Assembly: GCF_964204645.1 (NCBI RefSeq)
Contig: NC_134033.1
Coordinates: forward strand, 7,820,655-7,884,654
Direction of reading: 5' to 3'
From: Tubulanus polymorphus
Lineage: Eukaryota; Animalia; Nemertea
Length of the DNA: 64,000 nt
Numbering within the stretch: position 1 is the first letter of the stretch; every line of letters begins with the position of its first letter. A program made the position numbers and the translations under genes. The notes beneath the pieces are model-generated. The model had not been told where the DNA came from and made no database searches. It saw nothing but the letters and a program-made list of their open reading frames with translations. This document shows, one piece after another, positions 38,512 through 51,785 of the stretch.

Positions 38512-39143
38512 GATCCAGGAAGAAAGACACTCTAAATATTTGGATGGATATATGAAAGCTGTGGGTACTGGAGTGTGTAATGGGTAGTGTAGTGTGATCT
38601 GTGTGCATTTGTGGCCAGCACACAGATCACATTGTTCAATGGGGTTTGGTCCAGGACTCGCGAGATTTTCAACAACACGGAAGTAACGTGTAATAAATGA
38701 TGACTTGAATTGCATGACTACCTACCACCCCTCATTATTGGTGGAAAACTAAACGTTCGGCACTGACTAAAAATTAGTAATAACATTTTAGAAATGGCCA
38801 GAATTTTAACTTAGGTTCTATCTCATTTTTATTTTACAATTGCGATTGGTATAATTTTTTTTAAACGGCCGTTAAGGCTTCATGTTTCGTCTGCAATTCA
38901 CTGCAAATAGTTACGCAACTACGCACATTTCAGTGTTTTTGGCAGCTGTACACTCAATCGGCACCGTTCATGACTATTTTCACTGCGGAATTATCATTAA
39001 TTAACATCGCCGTATCACATCATCAACTTATATTGTGCCTTAAAACCCTAACAGCCGAAATAATTGAAATGCACACACGATTTCTATCATTGAAAATTGA
39101 GAGAGTGGCCATGTTTGTGTTTGCTGCTTCGCGTAAATCCCGC
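38512..39143. repeat. ~630-bp direct repeat, copy 2
   Basis: Nearly identical to 31576-32204. Confidence 0.92.
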
Positions 39144-40195
39144 ATGGTGGCCCAACCGCGCGGAGTGGGGCCGATACGTCTAGCAACAGTCCTTTATTAT
39201 TGTAACCATCAATTCAAAATAAATCTCTGAAGATGGGTGGAAGAATTCCATCTGATATGTCACAATAAAATAAAAACTATTGTTTCTTGAATCGGTATTG
39301 AGGGTGTTCACGCAACTATATCTCAAGACTGGAAATATTCATAACCATTGAAGCATCTTCAAAACTTCCTAAAATAACTAGATTCCGTCATCGACGGACA
39401 GACGGACAAAAAGTGAACATAAAAATAATTGCCATTGAGTCCTAAGTTGTCTAAAAATGGTTTTTAATGACTATTCTCTGATGTGCCTCTGTCTTGAGGA
39501 CCATCGTGTAGACAGTAAAATCTAGGTGCTAAAAGAATTTTCCTTAAGTTTTAGCATAACAGTACATTTTGTATATCATGGAACACTTATTACCTGGCAA
39601 ACATAATGTCACATATTGTATTACGGAGTGTCATCAACAACTTTGAATGCTTGGTATCAGTCTGAAATCGCTTCCATAGTAACAGAATGGGAGACAACAG
39701 ATGACTTGATAACCATGCGATTAACTGGAAAAGAGAAAGGAAAAACCATTTTTTAATGATTACTGATTCATTTAAACTTGAAGTTAACAATCTGAAAAGA
39801 CTAAAAAAAACTCTGGGTCCAGGGACATCACTCCCACTTAGATAGTGCTTTGAAATGCTCAACAATTAAATTAGAAAATTTCAATATTTAATGCCCCCTG
39901 GAAAATGTATGAAGAAACCAATGACCTCAAAACTCACCACAAAAAAGAACATGCTTAAATTTTAAGATGGTTAACAGGGTTAAATTTTGCAATTGATTGT
40001 GGTAACAAAATTCGCCAAGGCACCAATACAATACGAATATACTAAATTATTTGGCTGACGATATTCAATGCTCCCTGATGACCATACATATTAAAAACCA
40101 ATGACAAACCTCACGCCTCTTTTTGCCAAGACCAATATGTTAGAGATCTCATCTTATGTTTGCGGACGAAGCTATATAATAGTATAATACTGTAA

Positions 40196-40948
40196 GGGCG
40201 TGTGTGACAAGCGACGCCGACCGAATCTTATTACACAACTGAGAGCTACCGCCATCGCACCCCAGCTTATGTCGACTGCACTCCGATTCCCAGCAACTGA
40301 GGCCGACTAGCGGGATACAAGATCCGATAAGTTGCTCCCCTGCTTATGTTGGTTACAATCACTGGCAACTGCAACGGCTCAGATGGCCACGTGATAAGCA
40401 TTTTGAGAATATATTTAAGTCATTTTAAATTATTTGGAAAAATGTTCAGGGTTGGAAGATATTTCTTTAAGATCCTTATCTTTCTGATTCTGTTATGAAT
40501 ACAATGTGCTAGCGACATCATATAGAAAGGGCTGCGCACATCTTAATTCTACTAAATTCGTTTCTAGATATTCCGTCCAGCCATCTGTCGGCTGAAGGGT
40601 TGGTTTGCATTTGAAACTACTCGAATTTAAAAGTTTGTGACAAGATACGAATAACGCAAACTATCGGTCAAAATTGTATATTTGGTGACTGATTGGCTGG
40701 AATTCCAGTGCTCAGTTCCATCACGTCACGCTTATGTCGGTAGCTATCAAAAGCAACTGCCTGTAGGCCGGAGTAGAACATGGGCTGCTAGCTGGATACG
40801 GCTTGCGACGAGTCGGTAGGCGTTAGGTTGTGCGTCGCAAGCCGGCTTATGGCGAACCGATAAAGCAGGCGGCCTCTCATAGGCCGCTAGTTGCCGCGAT
40901 AAACCCAGTTGCGTCGGTGGGCGTCGAGTCGCTTGTCGAACTAAGCCT
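40196..40948. mobile_element. Harbinger-like non-autonomous element (tentative)
   Basis: Inverted termini sharing GACAAGCGAC / GTCGCTTGTC with GGC-type ends; repeated GCTTATG motifs inside; CpG-rich. Confidence 0.45.
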
Positions 40949-41112
40949 GCCTTGGCATCTATGGCGGATATGTGAAATAATTATATTATCACAAGCAATG
41001 AGCATTTGGAATTTGCACATGTACCTAGTCCAATGAAACATTCACCATTTTATAGCTTCCCCATTATTATATTAGTAATAATCCACCATTAATGTATCCA
41101 CCATTCTAGAGA

Positions 41113-43290
41113 GGATGACTCTTGTTTTTGGGGAAGTCTTTTCATTAGAGGAAGGCTTAGCCCAGTTTTATATGATGTCGCAGAAGGCAGACGAGTCAGT
41201 TGCTCAGTTTAGCTACTTGCAATTTAGCTACTCGTGTCCGTGGTTTTCCGGGAGGAGCAGGCGCTGTCGGTTTCAGGAAACCCGTGGTCAGTTTTGGCGT
41301 GGTCTCCATAATGAGATGGTGCGCATGGGAACACGCATTCTCTTTCATTCAAACGAGACCTATTACGAGATTGTAACAGAGGCTAGAAAGATTGAAGGGG
41401 AAATGGAACGGAGATATTTCAAGTCTGTGGTGCCTCCTAAAAAGCTTATGAATTCTCAAGTGTCTTCTGAAGACACACCTGGTCCCTCTGGGGATCCCAC
41501 CTACTCGTGGGAAAGGCACTTTTATCAGGTTATGAAGCGAATGGCCGCTATCGAGGCTAAATTGGAGATCCGTCCTAGGAAGTGGGTCCCTCCTCGAAGA
41601 CCTACCTTGAGGAGTCAGGTAGGGCAGCGCTACGGAGAAGCTTCTTCTTTGGGTTTCGCCCAATGCAGCCCACACCTTTGCAGAAGACGTTTTTTTCCTA
41701 TGGCGGTGTTGGGCATATCCGTCGTGCATGTCCGAGCAAGAACATGGATAACAGGCCTTTGTCAGCCGGCAACGGTAGTTCGGGTGATAGAGATGGTCGC
41801 TCTAATAGAGATGATGGTCTCTCTGGTAATAATATCTCATATGACCCAAAAGAGAAAGTGACCGTTTCGAGGGGCAGAAGCGTGACATGTCGGTATTAGG
41901 GAACAGCCCTCAAACGAATATATCTTAGAGCCAATCTCTCGACAGTTTCATTCGATGGGGTACCTTGCTATGCTTTAATTGACATTGGGTCACAAGTGTC
42001 CACGGTTTCGAGGAAGTTTGTCGAGGTCTACATGCCCGAAGTCCCTGTGCAGCCAATAGCTGATTTTCTTGAGTTAACGACCGCGGATGGTGCGGTCTTA
42101 CCATATTCCGGTTATGTCGTTGCTCGGTTGCAAGCTTCTGCCGTGCCTGTCGATTTTGAGGCGGGGCGCTGGTTTGTATCGGAAGACGGGGCGATTATTC
42201 CTTCAGGCGTCGATGATGCTATGCCGGATATTGATACTCCTCCTCCGGAGGTCTCTAACGATAATGTTGCTCCTCGAAAACCTTGGCAAAAATCTTTGTC
42301 GCGCGAGGACTTTATAAAACTGTTTGAAATGTATGGCGTAATACCTGAGGCTAAATCGAAACTCAAATATCTGCTGTGAATGTGGCGATCTATTTTTGCA
42401 GTGAGAGATCTCGACATGGGACGTACGAGTTTAATAGAACAATAAATTAACATGTCTGATCCTATTCCTGTCCATCAGAGGTTAATGAAGTTAGGGAACC
42501 TCTACGCATGATGTTGGAAGCAGGTGTGATACAACGTCCAACAGTGCGTTTGCATCTCCTATAGTTCTTGTTCGGAAGAAAACCGGAGAACTTAGGTTCT
42601 GTATAGACTACTGTCAGTTGAACAAGAGAAACATTCCTGACAGGTATAGCCTCCCTAGGATCGACGCGCAGCTGGGTGCACTAGCTGGTTCCACTTACTT
42701 CTCAAGCCTTGATCTCAAGAGCGGTTATTCGCAAGTAAGCATGGGACCGGAGCATCGTGAACGTACAGCTTTTACTCTTGGTCCGGGGTTCGGATTCTTT
42801 GAATACAATGTAATGCCTTTTGGGTAAACGGGAGCACCAGCCACGTTCCAAGTCTTATGTAGAATTGTTTAGGCAAATTAAACCCCCAAGAATATCTTGT
42901 TTATATTGACGATATAATTGTTTTTAGTGACACCATTGATGAGCATATCGTGCGTCTGTCTGACGTGTTTAGGAAGCTTCAATAGGCCAGGCTCAAGTTA
43001 AAGCCTGCAAAGTGTACTTTTTTTCGTGAGAAAGTTTTGAACGTGGGACACATCATGTCAGCGGCTGTGAAGGGTTTTTCAGCTATTGCAAAACCTCTAA
43101 ATGATCTTTTGAAGGGGTTATCTAAATCTCGTAGGAACGATAAGATTCCTTGGAACAGGCCAACAGCAGGCTTTTGACCAACAAGTCAGCACTTTCTGAG
43201 CCTCCAGTTTTGGCTTACGCTGATTATAAACTTTCGTTTGAGCTTCATACGGACGCTTCTCTTAAAGGGCTTGGTGCGTGTTTATACCCA
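41113..43290 (+). mobile_element. Ty3/Gypsy internal fragment (gag, protease, RT, RNase H), decayed, no LTRs or integrase seen
   Basis: PNMA-like gag FY...QK.DESV; decayed knuckle FFSYGGVGHIRRAC; ALIDIGSQVST; SPIVLVRKKTGELRFCIDY; LDLKSGY.QV; YIDDIIVFS; LHTDASLKGLGA. Confidence 0.92.
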
Positions 43291-45933
43291 AACAATAGTT
43301 AACTTCCATCTGATTACAGAACAATCAATTTGAGGTAAGTTGATGGTGTTTTAAGTGGTGAAATAGATGCTCAAAGCCTCGTCCTTCAAAATGAATTCGT
43401 AAAATTTTTAGTAGTTCTTCACAAGGATTTTTGTCTTTGGTTGTTCCAGGTTGTTCTCGATTTAATGTACCAATTCTACTTTATTTCGAAAGAAGTCATA
43501 CATAACAGCACCAGCACAACTTGTTAAATAACATTTGCTGACTGCTAGATCCACTTACTTCAACTCGTTGCGATTTTTTCTTTTGTAGCTGGTTAAACTG
43601 ATTAGCAATTACTTCCAGTACAGGTAATGATTCTCGTACTGATGAGTCATCATCATTGTTGTATTTGTTTAACTGATTCACGTAATGCGTGATCATTAAT
43701 GAAAACATCTCTATCTGTAAAACAATTAATCTTTTGTTAATTACATACCAGCACAACTCCATGGCATGACTTCGTCATTTGACCAGAGTCATTTCAAAAA
43801 GCACTTAGACCAACGCAAACAATATTCCTTTTAAAAACAGTGATTAGATTTACAAATGCATACCTCTCGCATATGGCCTTGATGGTCAACTTCGATGACT
43901 TACAAAGTCAACAAATTTCTCATTAGGATGCCCTGGTTATAATTGGTTCAGCCTGATTTCATCGCATTATTGACCAATTAGAAATTTCTCATTTATATGG
44001 GAAATTTTCAATTTGTGTCGATAAAGAATTGAATTGTCTCATGCTTTTTACCAATAGTATATTACTGAATTGAAGCAGCCAATTAGATTGGTTGCCAACA
44101 ACAAGTCTATCTGCAGATTTAACTGACAAGAAGTAGTGTGATATTTATAGACTATATTGTGAGAACAAGGTGTAAACGCCTAATTTAAACTCAAATATGG
44201 ACTTGGTGGTGACCTTGAAATAGGGCTCATCACACTTCCATTCCCAGGTCAAATACAATCAGCCAAAAACTATGGAGTGGGAACAGGACCAGACCACCAG
44301 ACATTTCTCATTCTGGGCAGTCACAGGGGATGACGATACCCCTTGCCAATGGGTAAAAACTTCTCCCAAACAGGTATTTCATTATCTAACCAGACATATG
44401 CAATGAATGTGTGAGTCATGTAGAGAATGCAAAATTGTAATAGGCTACATTTTCCTGACACTAGGTTTCATCTCACCAAAAAAAAGTTTCGATGACTGTG
44501 GCCACCATCTTGGATAACAATAGGTCTATATATCAAAAACACTAACGGTTCATCCTCCTCCTACCGAATGCCCACATGCGAGAATTATACCCCCCGCAGC
44601 CTACAGCCAAGGGGCAAAAAAGTTCTCGTCATCCCAGATGCATGCAAACCCAAATACATGAAAATCCCATAGATGGATCTCACGCCCTAGATTCAACACT
44701 TTTACTCCAATAATAGATTCAAATGTCTAATGAAAAATCTGAAAATAATTGACAACTTAATCATCTTATGAGAAAGGGCCAACACTTGATGCATTCACAC
44801 ATAACCTAATACATACCAATCTGTTGATGTGAACATTAAATAAAACTTGAAGTGATTTTGAACGGAAAATTGCACAAACACAGCGAAAAGCCACACTTCG
44901 ATTCCATACCATAAAATGTCTCATTTGTGATATAAGAAACTGAAAAACAAAATCTTGATGTTACAAAGGGGTCCAGGTTATACCATGCCTACTTGATGAA
45001 ATGCTTTTAAATCTGAAAATCTCAATATTTGTTCCCTGGTGAACAAATACAGACACCGATGATATTGAAACTGACCACAATCATTATACATGCTACAATT
45101 CTGAAGCCAGTTGGTTGAATGTAGGTTAAGTTAACTAGGTGGATAAGTTCTTAACTACTGGTTAGGAATTTTGACATCTTCAATGTCTCATTTATCCTCA
45201 GCTAATAGGTTTGAATCTGCAACTGTTTTTGTGTAGCAGACAAAAAAGGATTCAGGATGCGGGCGGCTTCAGGTCTTAATACCATTCAACGAATATCCTC
45301 GAGCAACCTTTATTTGTTTATGACATAATTTGAAAATGTATTGTTTCTTTAGAAGGTCTGAATCTGAAGAAATATTTTCCATATAATCTTTGTTTATCAT
45401 AAAAGAGATCCACCAAGTCACCCAGCGAGAAACACATTTGATATTTGGAAAGTTGTAACAAAGCAGTTCCTGATTACACGAGATCTTTTTATGATTGGCA
45501 TAAACCTCAAATATAGAACATCATATATTGAAATCCTAAAACAAATTACTATAGATCGTGAGCAGTGGAGATAAAAAGTATACAACATCTTGGCGCAGCG
45601 GCGCTTGCTGATGTAAGTGATGATGATGAACAAAGCAGTTCCAGTCAGATTGCCTGGTAGAAGTGTGATCTGTTTGTTTTTTTAGCCAGCCCACAGATCA
45701 CAACGATCATTGTCAAAGTCAAGTAAATATTGAGAGGCAGGTAACATGAGCAATTAGGAAACAAATTAAGGCAACCCACGAAATAATGGACAGTAGACTC
45801 CTCCCTACTCAGTACCGGTTGACTAGGAAAACCGACTGTGTCAGTGAAATTTCATTACAAATTTAATGATTCCTAGTGTAAAAATCCTAAAATTCCCGAA
45901 TGTCATGAGTCGGTATTCAGTGAACTTGGTAAA

Positions 45934-46760
45934 AACTAGGGATCCAGGGACACCATGCTTACTTGGGAAGTGGTTCCAAATGCTCAACAATCTAACAATT
46001 TCTATATTCAACGCCCCCTGGTGACCATATACGAAAAAACCAATGACCTTGAAACTCACCACAATCATAGAACATGTCAGCAGCTACGATTTTGTAATTG
46101 ATTGAGATAACAAAATATGCCTCGTTACCAATTTAATATGGAAATAATAAGCTATTCTACTATTCATCGCCCCTGGTGACCATATTCAAAACCCAATGAC
46201 CTCGAAACTCACCACAATCATAGAACATGTCAACTACAACTTTGCAATTGATCATGGTAACAAAATATGCCTAAATACCAATATAATAAGGAAATACTAA
46301 GTTATTCTACCATTCAACGCCCCCTGGTAACCATATAGAATAATTTATGTCCTTAAAACTGACAACAATCATAGATGATGTCATGAGCTACAATTTTCCA
46401 ATTGATTGTGGTTACAAAATATGCATAGGTACAAATATAAAAAGAAAAAAGAAATGCTAAGATATTGTATTATTCAACGCCCCCTGGTGGCCATATACAA
46501 AATCCAATTACCTTGAAACTCACCACAATCATAGAACACGTTATGAGTTACAACTTTCTAATTGATTGTGGTAGTAAAATATGTTTAGGTATCAATATAA
46601 TGTAAAAAAACTTTTTCCCACTTACGAATGAGTACTGGTGACACCAAGATGGCCACCAATTGGCTGATGAAAAATACCTGTCTCAGGTATAAAACATCCC
46701 TTTCCAAAGAATACCCATCACAAATTGCAATGAGAAATGGCAAACCAGTAGGAACCAGTA
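45934..46760 (-). mobile_element. HINE family A with four tandem core units, one end truncated
   Basis: End motif AACTAGGGATCCAGGGACACCATGCTTACTTGGGAAG; unit starts at 46006, 46162, 46312 and 46472 (period 150-160 bp); colinear with 1-520. Confidence 0.8.
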
Positions 46761-47074
46761 GAAATTACTGTCATCGGAGGTATTTCATTATCATACAGAC
46801 CAATCAGGACAGAAGCTCTCAAGTTCCCGTTAGTGCCAGTGCCCGTTACTGACGAAATAAAGTTTATCGACTGATATGGTTTTTAATAATTTTACGATAC
46901 GATAGCTTTTGCACTCACAGAAAAAATCGTTGTGATGCGCGACCTACACCATGGCACATATTATCTATAACTGATACATACAAGCAGTGAATGCGAAAGT
47001 AATTAGGCGATATTGCCTACGCGACTGTTCGTGACTGTTTTCAATGCGAACGCTCATCACTGTGCCGCAATTAA

Positions 47075-47688
47075 CCTCTTCGCTACCTCCCCTCACCAGA
47101 GCATTTTCCCATACTTTAACATATTTTCGTGTTTTTATTTAGATCTCAGAAAATACTAATAATGTCCCCTACAAACCATATATATTTGTAAAGCTAAGGT
47201 CCTCAGCTATCAGATGGCATTGTTTAGAATCAAAATGATTAAATCAGAAATTGATCACCAATAATTATTTATCGATTTTTATCAATTTGTGGATCGATTA
47301 ATGGATTTTGATCGAATAACTTGTAATGATCCATTTCCAGCACTTTTTTTGTATTCTTATCGTGTAGTGATTGACTGTCTACTAAATCTGGACCAGGATA
47401 ACATTTTATAATACAGACAAAAAAACTCATGCATGTGCCTTCTTGTTTCGCACTCAAAGTGGTGCATGTTGTCACTCAAGCATAAATTCAATTTGATTCA
47501 GTTCAGTATTTGAGGCACTGATTCGCCATCTATGAGTAAAGATTGTAACTAAATTGAAGCAGACGATCATTTAGTACCTCTGTACACCAGCGGTGTAGTG
47601 ACTCCTGACACCAGCAATTGTAGTAAATGAATATATTTGCGACGTAAATATACGTCGCGCATGGTGAGAGAAGGTCATTGCGAAGAGG
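47075..47688. mobile_element. piggyBac-like MITE (614 bp)
   Basis: TIR CCTCTTCGC / GCGAAGAGG, TTAA at 47071-47074 and 47689-47692. Confidence 0.8.
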
Positions 47689-50489
47689 TTAACTAATACA
47701 AAATACTGCTGCAAAGCAGCGAAAATGGGTTTCTGCCTTGCTGGTTTAAATTTCGCTCTGGGAAGCACACAAAGAATTCACCAAAATAATTGTTATCAGT
47801 TTACATATGACTATTTTGAAGGAGCGCGTCAAATATCCGGGATATGTGGATCCACAAGGACTACCACATAAAAAGTAGTGATGTGCCTAATTGTTTGGGG
47901 CTTTCATAGTTCCGTTGGGAGTTGCGTGAACTAATCGTACCCGTTGACATATGGCACTTATGTGTATACTTTCTTATACCATGTTTTTGATGTGATCCAG
48001 CTTTGAAACTTTATTAAACCACCTGTACTCAATAAATGCTAATTGATTTCAACATGCATTCGTGAAGCATTTTGATAATATCACATCATTAAAGATCTTG
48101 ATTTGTTCTATCAAGAACACAATCTTATTCTGATGAGTTGACATTAAACAGAGATAAGAATATATCTCTGTTAATTATATGTAAAGCACTATTATCAATA
48201 TCATTATAAATCAATAACTGATGGAATCCCAAGCAATGAATCCCTTCAGGTCACACGTATGTAAAATGTCAGAAAACCCATTATTGCTGCTTTACAGCTA
48301 TATTTTCCATTTGATTTGGTAGGTCATCTTGCTTAGGAGTCAGTTTGTCAAAGCATCGAAGCAATGCAGTCTAACTTGTTTCGCATGGTCATTACATTGC
48401 TCACCTAAATCACTTACACAGCCCAATGTTTTTCAGTGTGTAAACTCCATCGTACTCAGCATTACAGGGACATTGAGGAATTGAATTTCAGGTACCTGAG
48501 CCCTCAACTTGATTCGTCCAAAAGACCTTAACTGACTTCATAGAATTTGATTATGAGTCTAGGATTTTCTAAATTGCTGAATGCTTTCTGCTCTGGTTTT
48601 AAGATCAATTCAAATTCAATCTTGAATACATAAAAACTAAGTCAAATAAATTTTCATTTTATTGAAAGAAATTCTAGTGAACACAGATTTTGAAATGTAT
48701 GATGTGTTTGTTGATTTATCCAGGCGAAATAATTACAGCAAAATCAACTGACGATCAACAAGGTGAAGTTTTCATTTATCTTCGGATATTTAGTCTACCC
48801 CTGATGATACAAGCATTTTGGCTACACCTTTTGAAACATCAACGCTTTATCTACTCGCGCCAATTAGTCAGCCACCGTCGATTTTCATGCCATCTGACCT
48901 CTTTCCACCTGCAATCAAGCAATCAAATGTAAGAATTACTCAGTTATGTAATATAATAGAAGAGTGAAAGAAAGTATAATAGATTTCTAAATAGATAATA
49001 GACCAATTTAAATCGTGCATTTGTCATGAAACATCTATTACTACTGTCTCGCAGAGCATAGACACCGACCGTTAAGCCATGTGGAATTGGTATTTCAAAG
49101 GCTATTCGGTTTACTCCAAAATAACTCTCTGATAAACTTTAAAAAGCTTCATATCAAGGGTATGTCGTAGGACTCTTGATGCCCATGAATTATCAATTGA
49201 ATTGAATTGCCCATGAAGAACGTAGTGACCAGTTCATTCCACGAATAATAGCTGGAAAGAAAGTAATCGAAATAAATAGTCATATACATGAATGTAAACC
49301 AGCCCCTTACTAATTACTTCGGCTTTCCACTGGCTCTACACACTACATTAAGGGCCTTAATCTATTCTAGGCGTATCCCCCAAAAAAGCTAGGCATTAAG
49401 TAGGTAGCCAACAATGATCATTACTTCGCTGAGTACTCATTTGCTACCATATGTACTCATATCATAGCACCACCCAGTAGAAAGGTGACCTTAACTGCAG
49501 TTAGACCAAGAAATCATGTCTTACATTCCCTGGTTAATGGATTCTCACCTTAAATTACATAAACTCTGCAGTCGTTGTCATCGATCCGAGTCATCCAATG
49601 AACGCGGAAGTAAAATTCCATATGAAAATCCCTACCATTTCTGTCCATATTACGTTGATTTGAGCCAGAAATCTTCCGCAAAAATGTAGCCAACGTAATT
49701 GATTTGCGTTATCCTTGTCGCTGTTGAGACCCGGTAATAATTCGGATTTAATTCATAATAAATTACTATATAAATTACTAAATTCGAAATGGTCAGACGC
49801 AGAGTTACATTTCTGTCAGAATTGAAAATTACGTGTATAAGCTGTTAGTAGTTGAATCTGAGAGGAGATACATTTTATGAAAAACATTTGTCTGGAAAGT
49901 GGAAAAGGTAATAATCACGAGAATTACAATACGGTTTCTGCGAAGCAGCAGAAAACCTTATAATCAGGGTCTAAAACGGATAGCCTTGAGGCATTGGTAG
50001 ATTATACTGTGGTAAGGTATAAAGTGGTTAATGTTTTACATCTGCCGGAAAATGTTCCAGTGTTCTCGCAGAGGGGTTTTAAAACAGCGGCCCGCCATGC
50101 TATGGCACTTCACCGCTACGCAATAAAAGATATGCCATGCTTAAAAAAATTCTGCCATGCTTAAAAAAATGATCGGGAGTATATTTACTTATCTGGCTTT
50201 GTAAGGCTGTCAGGTTCACATGCTCAATTTTATTACTGGTGCATCAATAAATTGCATAAACACATTCTCATAGTTACTTAGTAAAGGTCAATAATTGTAT
50301 AGTTTCGAGCGAGCGGGAGCTCGCACTGAACTGCCGGTGGTAGGGCCTATTAATATCCAGGGATTTCCCCGTGTGTTAAAAATAAAAGAAATCAATGCCA
50401 ATAGAGGTCACACCACTGCGCTCAGCGTGCGCTGAATACACGGGCCAGCGTATCAATTTTTCTTAGTCTCCTATCGAGACAAAAAATTT

Positions 50490-50743
50490 TACCACCATTT
50501 CAAAAATGTGTAAAAAGTGCAGAATTTGGCGAACAACAATGGCTTCCAGTCGGCCACCTTGAATATGACAGGGCCAGTTTTTGGGCTGAAGATATCTTGG
50601 GTAGATACATGTATCAACCAAATATCAAGACATTACTTTTAAGCATCTTCAAAATTCCCCAAAATCACTGGATTCTGTCTACGGACAGACGTAAAGTGAA
50701 CGCAATAGCCCGCTGGGACTAAAGTCTTAAGTGGACTAAAAAA
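50490..50743 (-). mobile_element. HINE family A, hairpin end
   Basis: Colinear with 665-917, including GGACAGAC and TAGCCCGCTGGGAC...AAGTGGACTAAAAAA. Confidence 0.8.
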
Positions 50744-50950
50744 CTATAGCAGCGGCAAATCAACATCGCAATATTGCAATTTATGACAATCAACATGTAA
50801 ATTTAATCACTGTTGTGGAGTTCATGCATGGAAAAGATGATAAAAGTTATATTTCGCGGGACCCGGTGCGCATTACAAAGCGAATTCATCTGCCGAGTGC
50901 ATACAGGGCTGCTACCGCCTCGTAAGTGAACATGAGACGGGCAGGGCAGG

Positions 50951-51785
50951 GTGGTTTCAAATGCTCAACAATCTAACAATATCAATATTCAACGCCCCCT
51001 GGTGACCGTATACAACTAGGGGTCCAGGGACACCATGCCCACTTGGGAAGTGGTTTCAGATGCCTAACAATCTAATAATTTCAATATTCAACGCCCAATC
51101 CAATGACCTTGAAAAGATCAAATGACCTTGAAACTCGTACCAATCATAGAACATGTCAGCAGTTACACTTTTGAAATTGATTGTGGTAACAAAATATGCC
51201 TAGTTACCAATATGATATAGAAATACTAAGTTATTCTACTATTCAATGCCCCCTGGTGACCATATGCAAAGCCCAATGACCTTGAAACTCACCATAATCA
51301 TAGTACATGCCATGAGCATAACTTTCCAATCGATTGTGGTAACAAAATATGCATAGGTATGAATATAATATAGAAATACTAAGTTATTGCATTGTTCAAC
51401 GCCACCCTGGTGGCCATATACAAAAACCAATGACCTTGAAACTCACAACGATCATAGATCATGTCATGAGCTACAAATTTCCAATCGATCGTGGTTACAA
51501 AATTTGCTAAAGTATCAATATAATGAGGAAAAACTTTTTTCCATCTACGAATGAGTACTGATGACACCAAGATGGCCGCCAATTGCGTCATAATTGCCTG
51601 ATCAAATATACTTGTCTCGCTTATCAGAGATTCCTTTCCAAAGAATACCCATCACAAATTGCAATGAAAAATGGCAAACCATTAGGAAGCTACAGGACTC
51701 AGAATTCAGGCCAAAATTGACATTTTTTGGCACATAAAAGGTCACAGGACAGCCATCTTGAGTCCAATCGACCTAATTTTTCCTT
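50951..51785 (-). mobile_element. HINE family A, two abutting or nested copies
   Basis: Fragment 50951-51013 is followed by a complete end motif at 51014 (subterminal GCCCACTTGGGA at 51037-51048), ~153-bp units, and a block colinear with 360-590. Confidence 0.8.

Noticed and set aside
46006-46600. Regularly spaced repeats resembling a CRISPR array
   Set aside because: Whole ~155-bp units are homologous, with no unique spacers and no cas genes; the context is eukaryotic TE DNA.
50058-50200. hAT-like left end CAGTGTTCTCGC (similar CAG-type starts at 8606 and 9021)
   Set aside because: I found no matching right TIR or TSD in the window.
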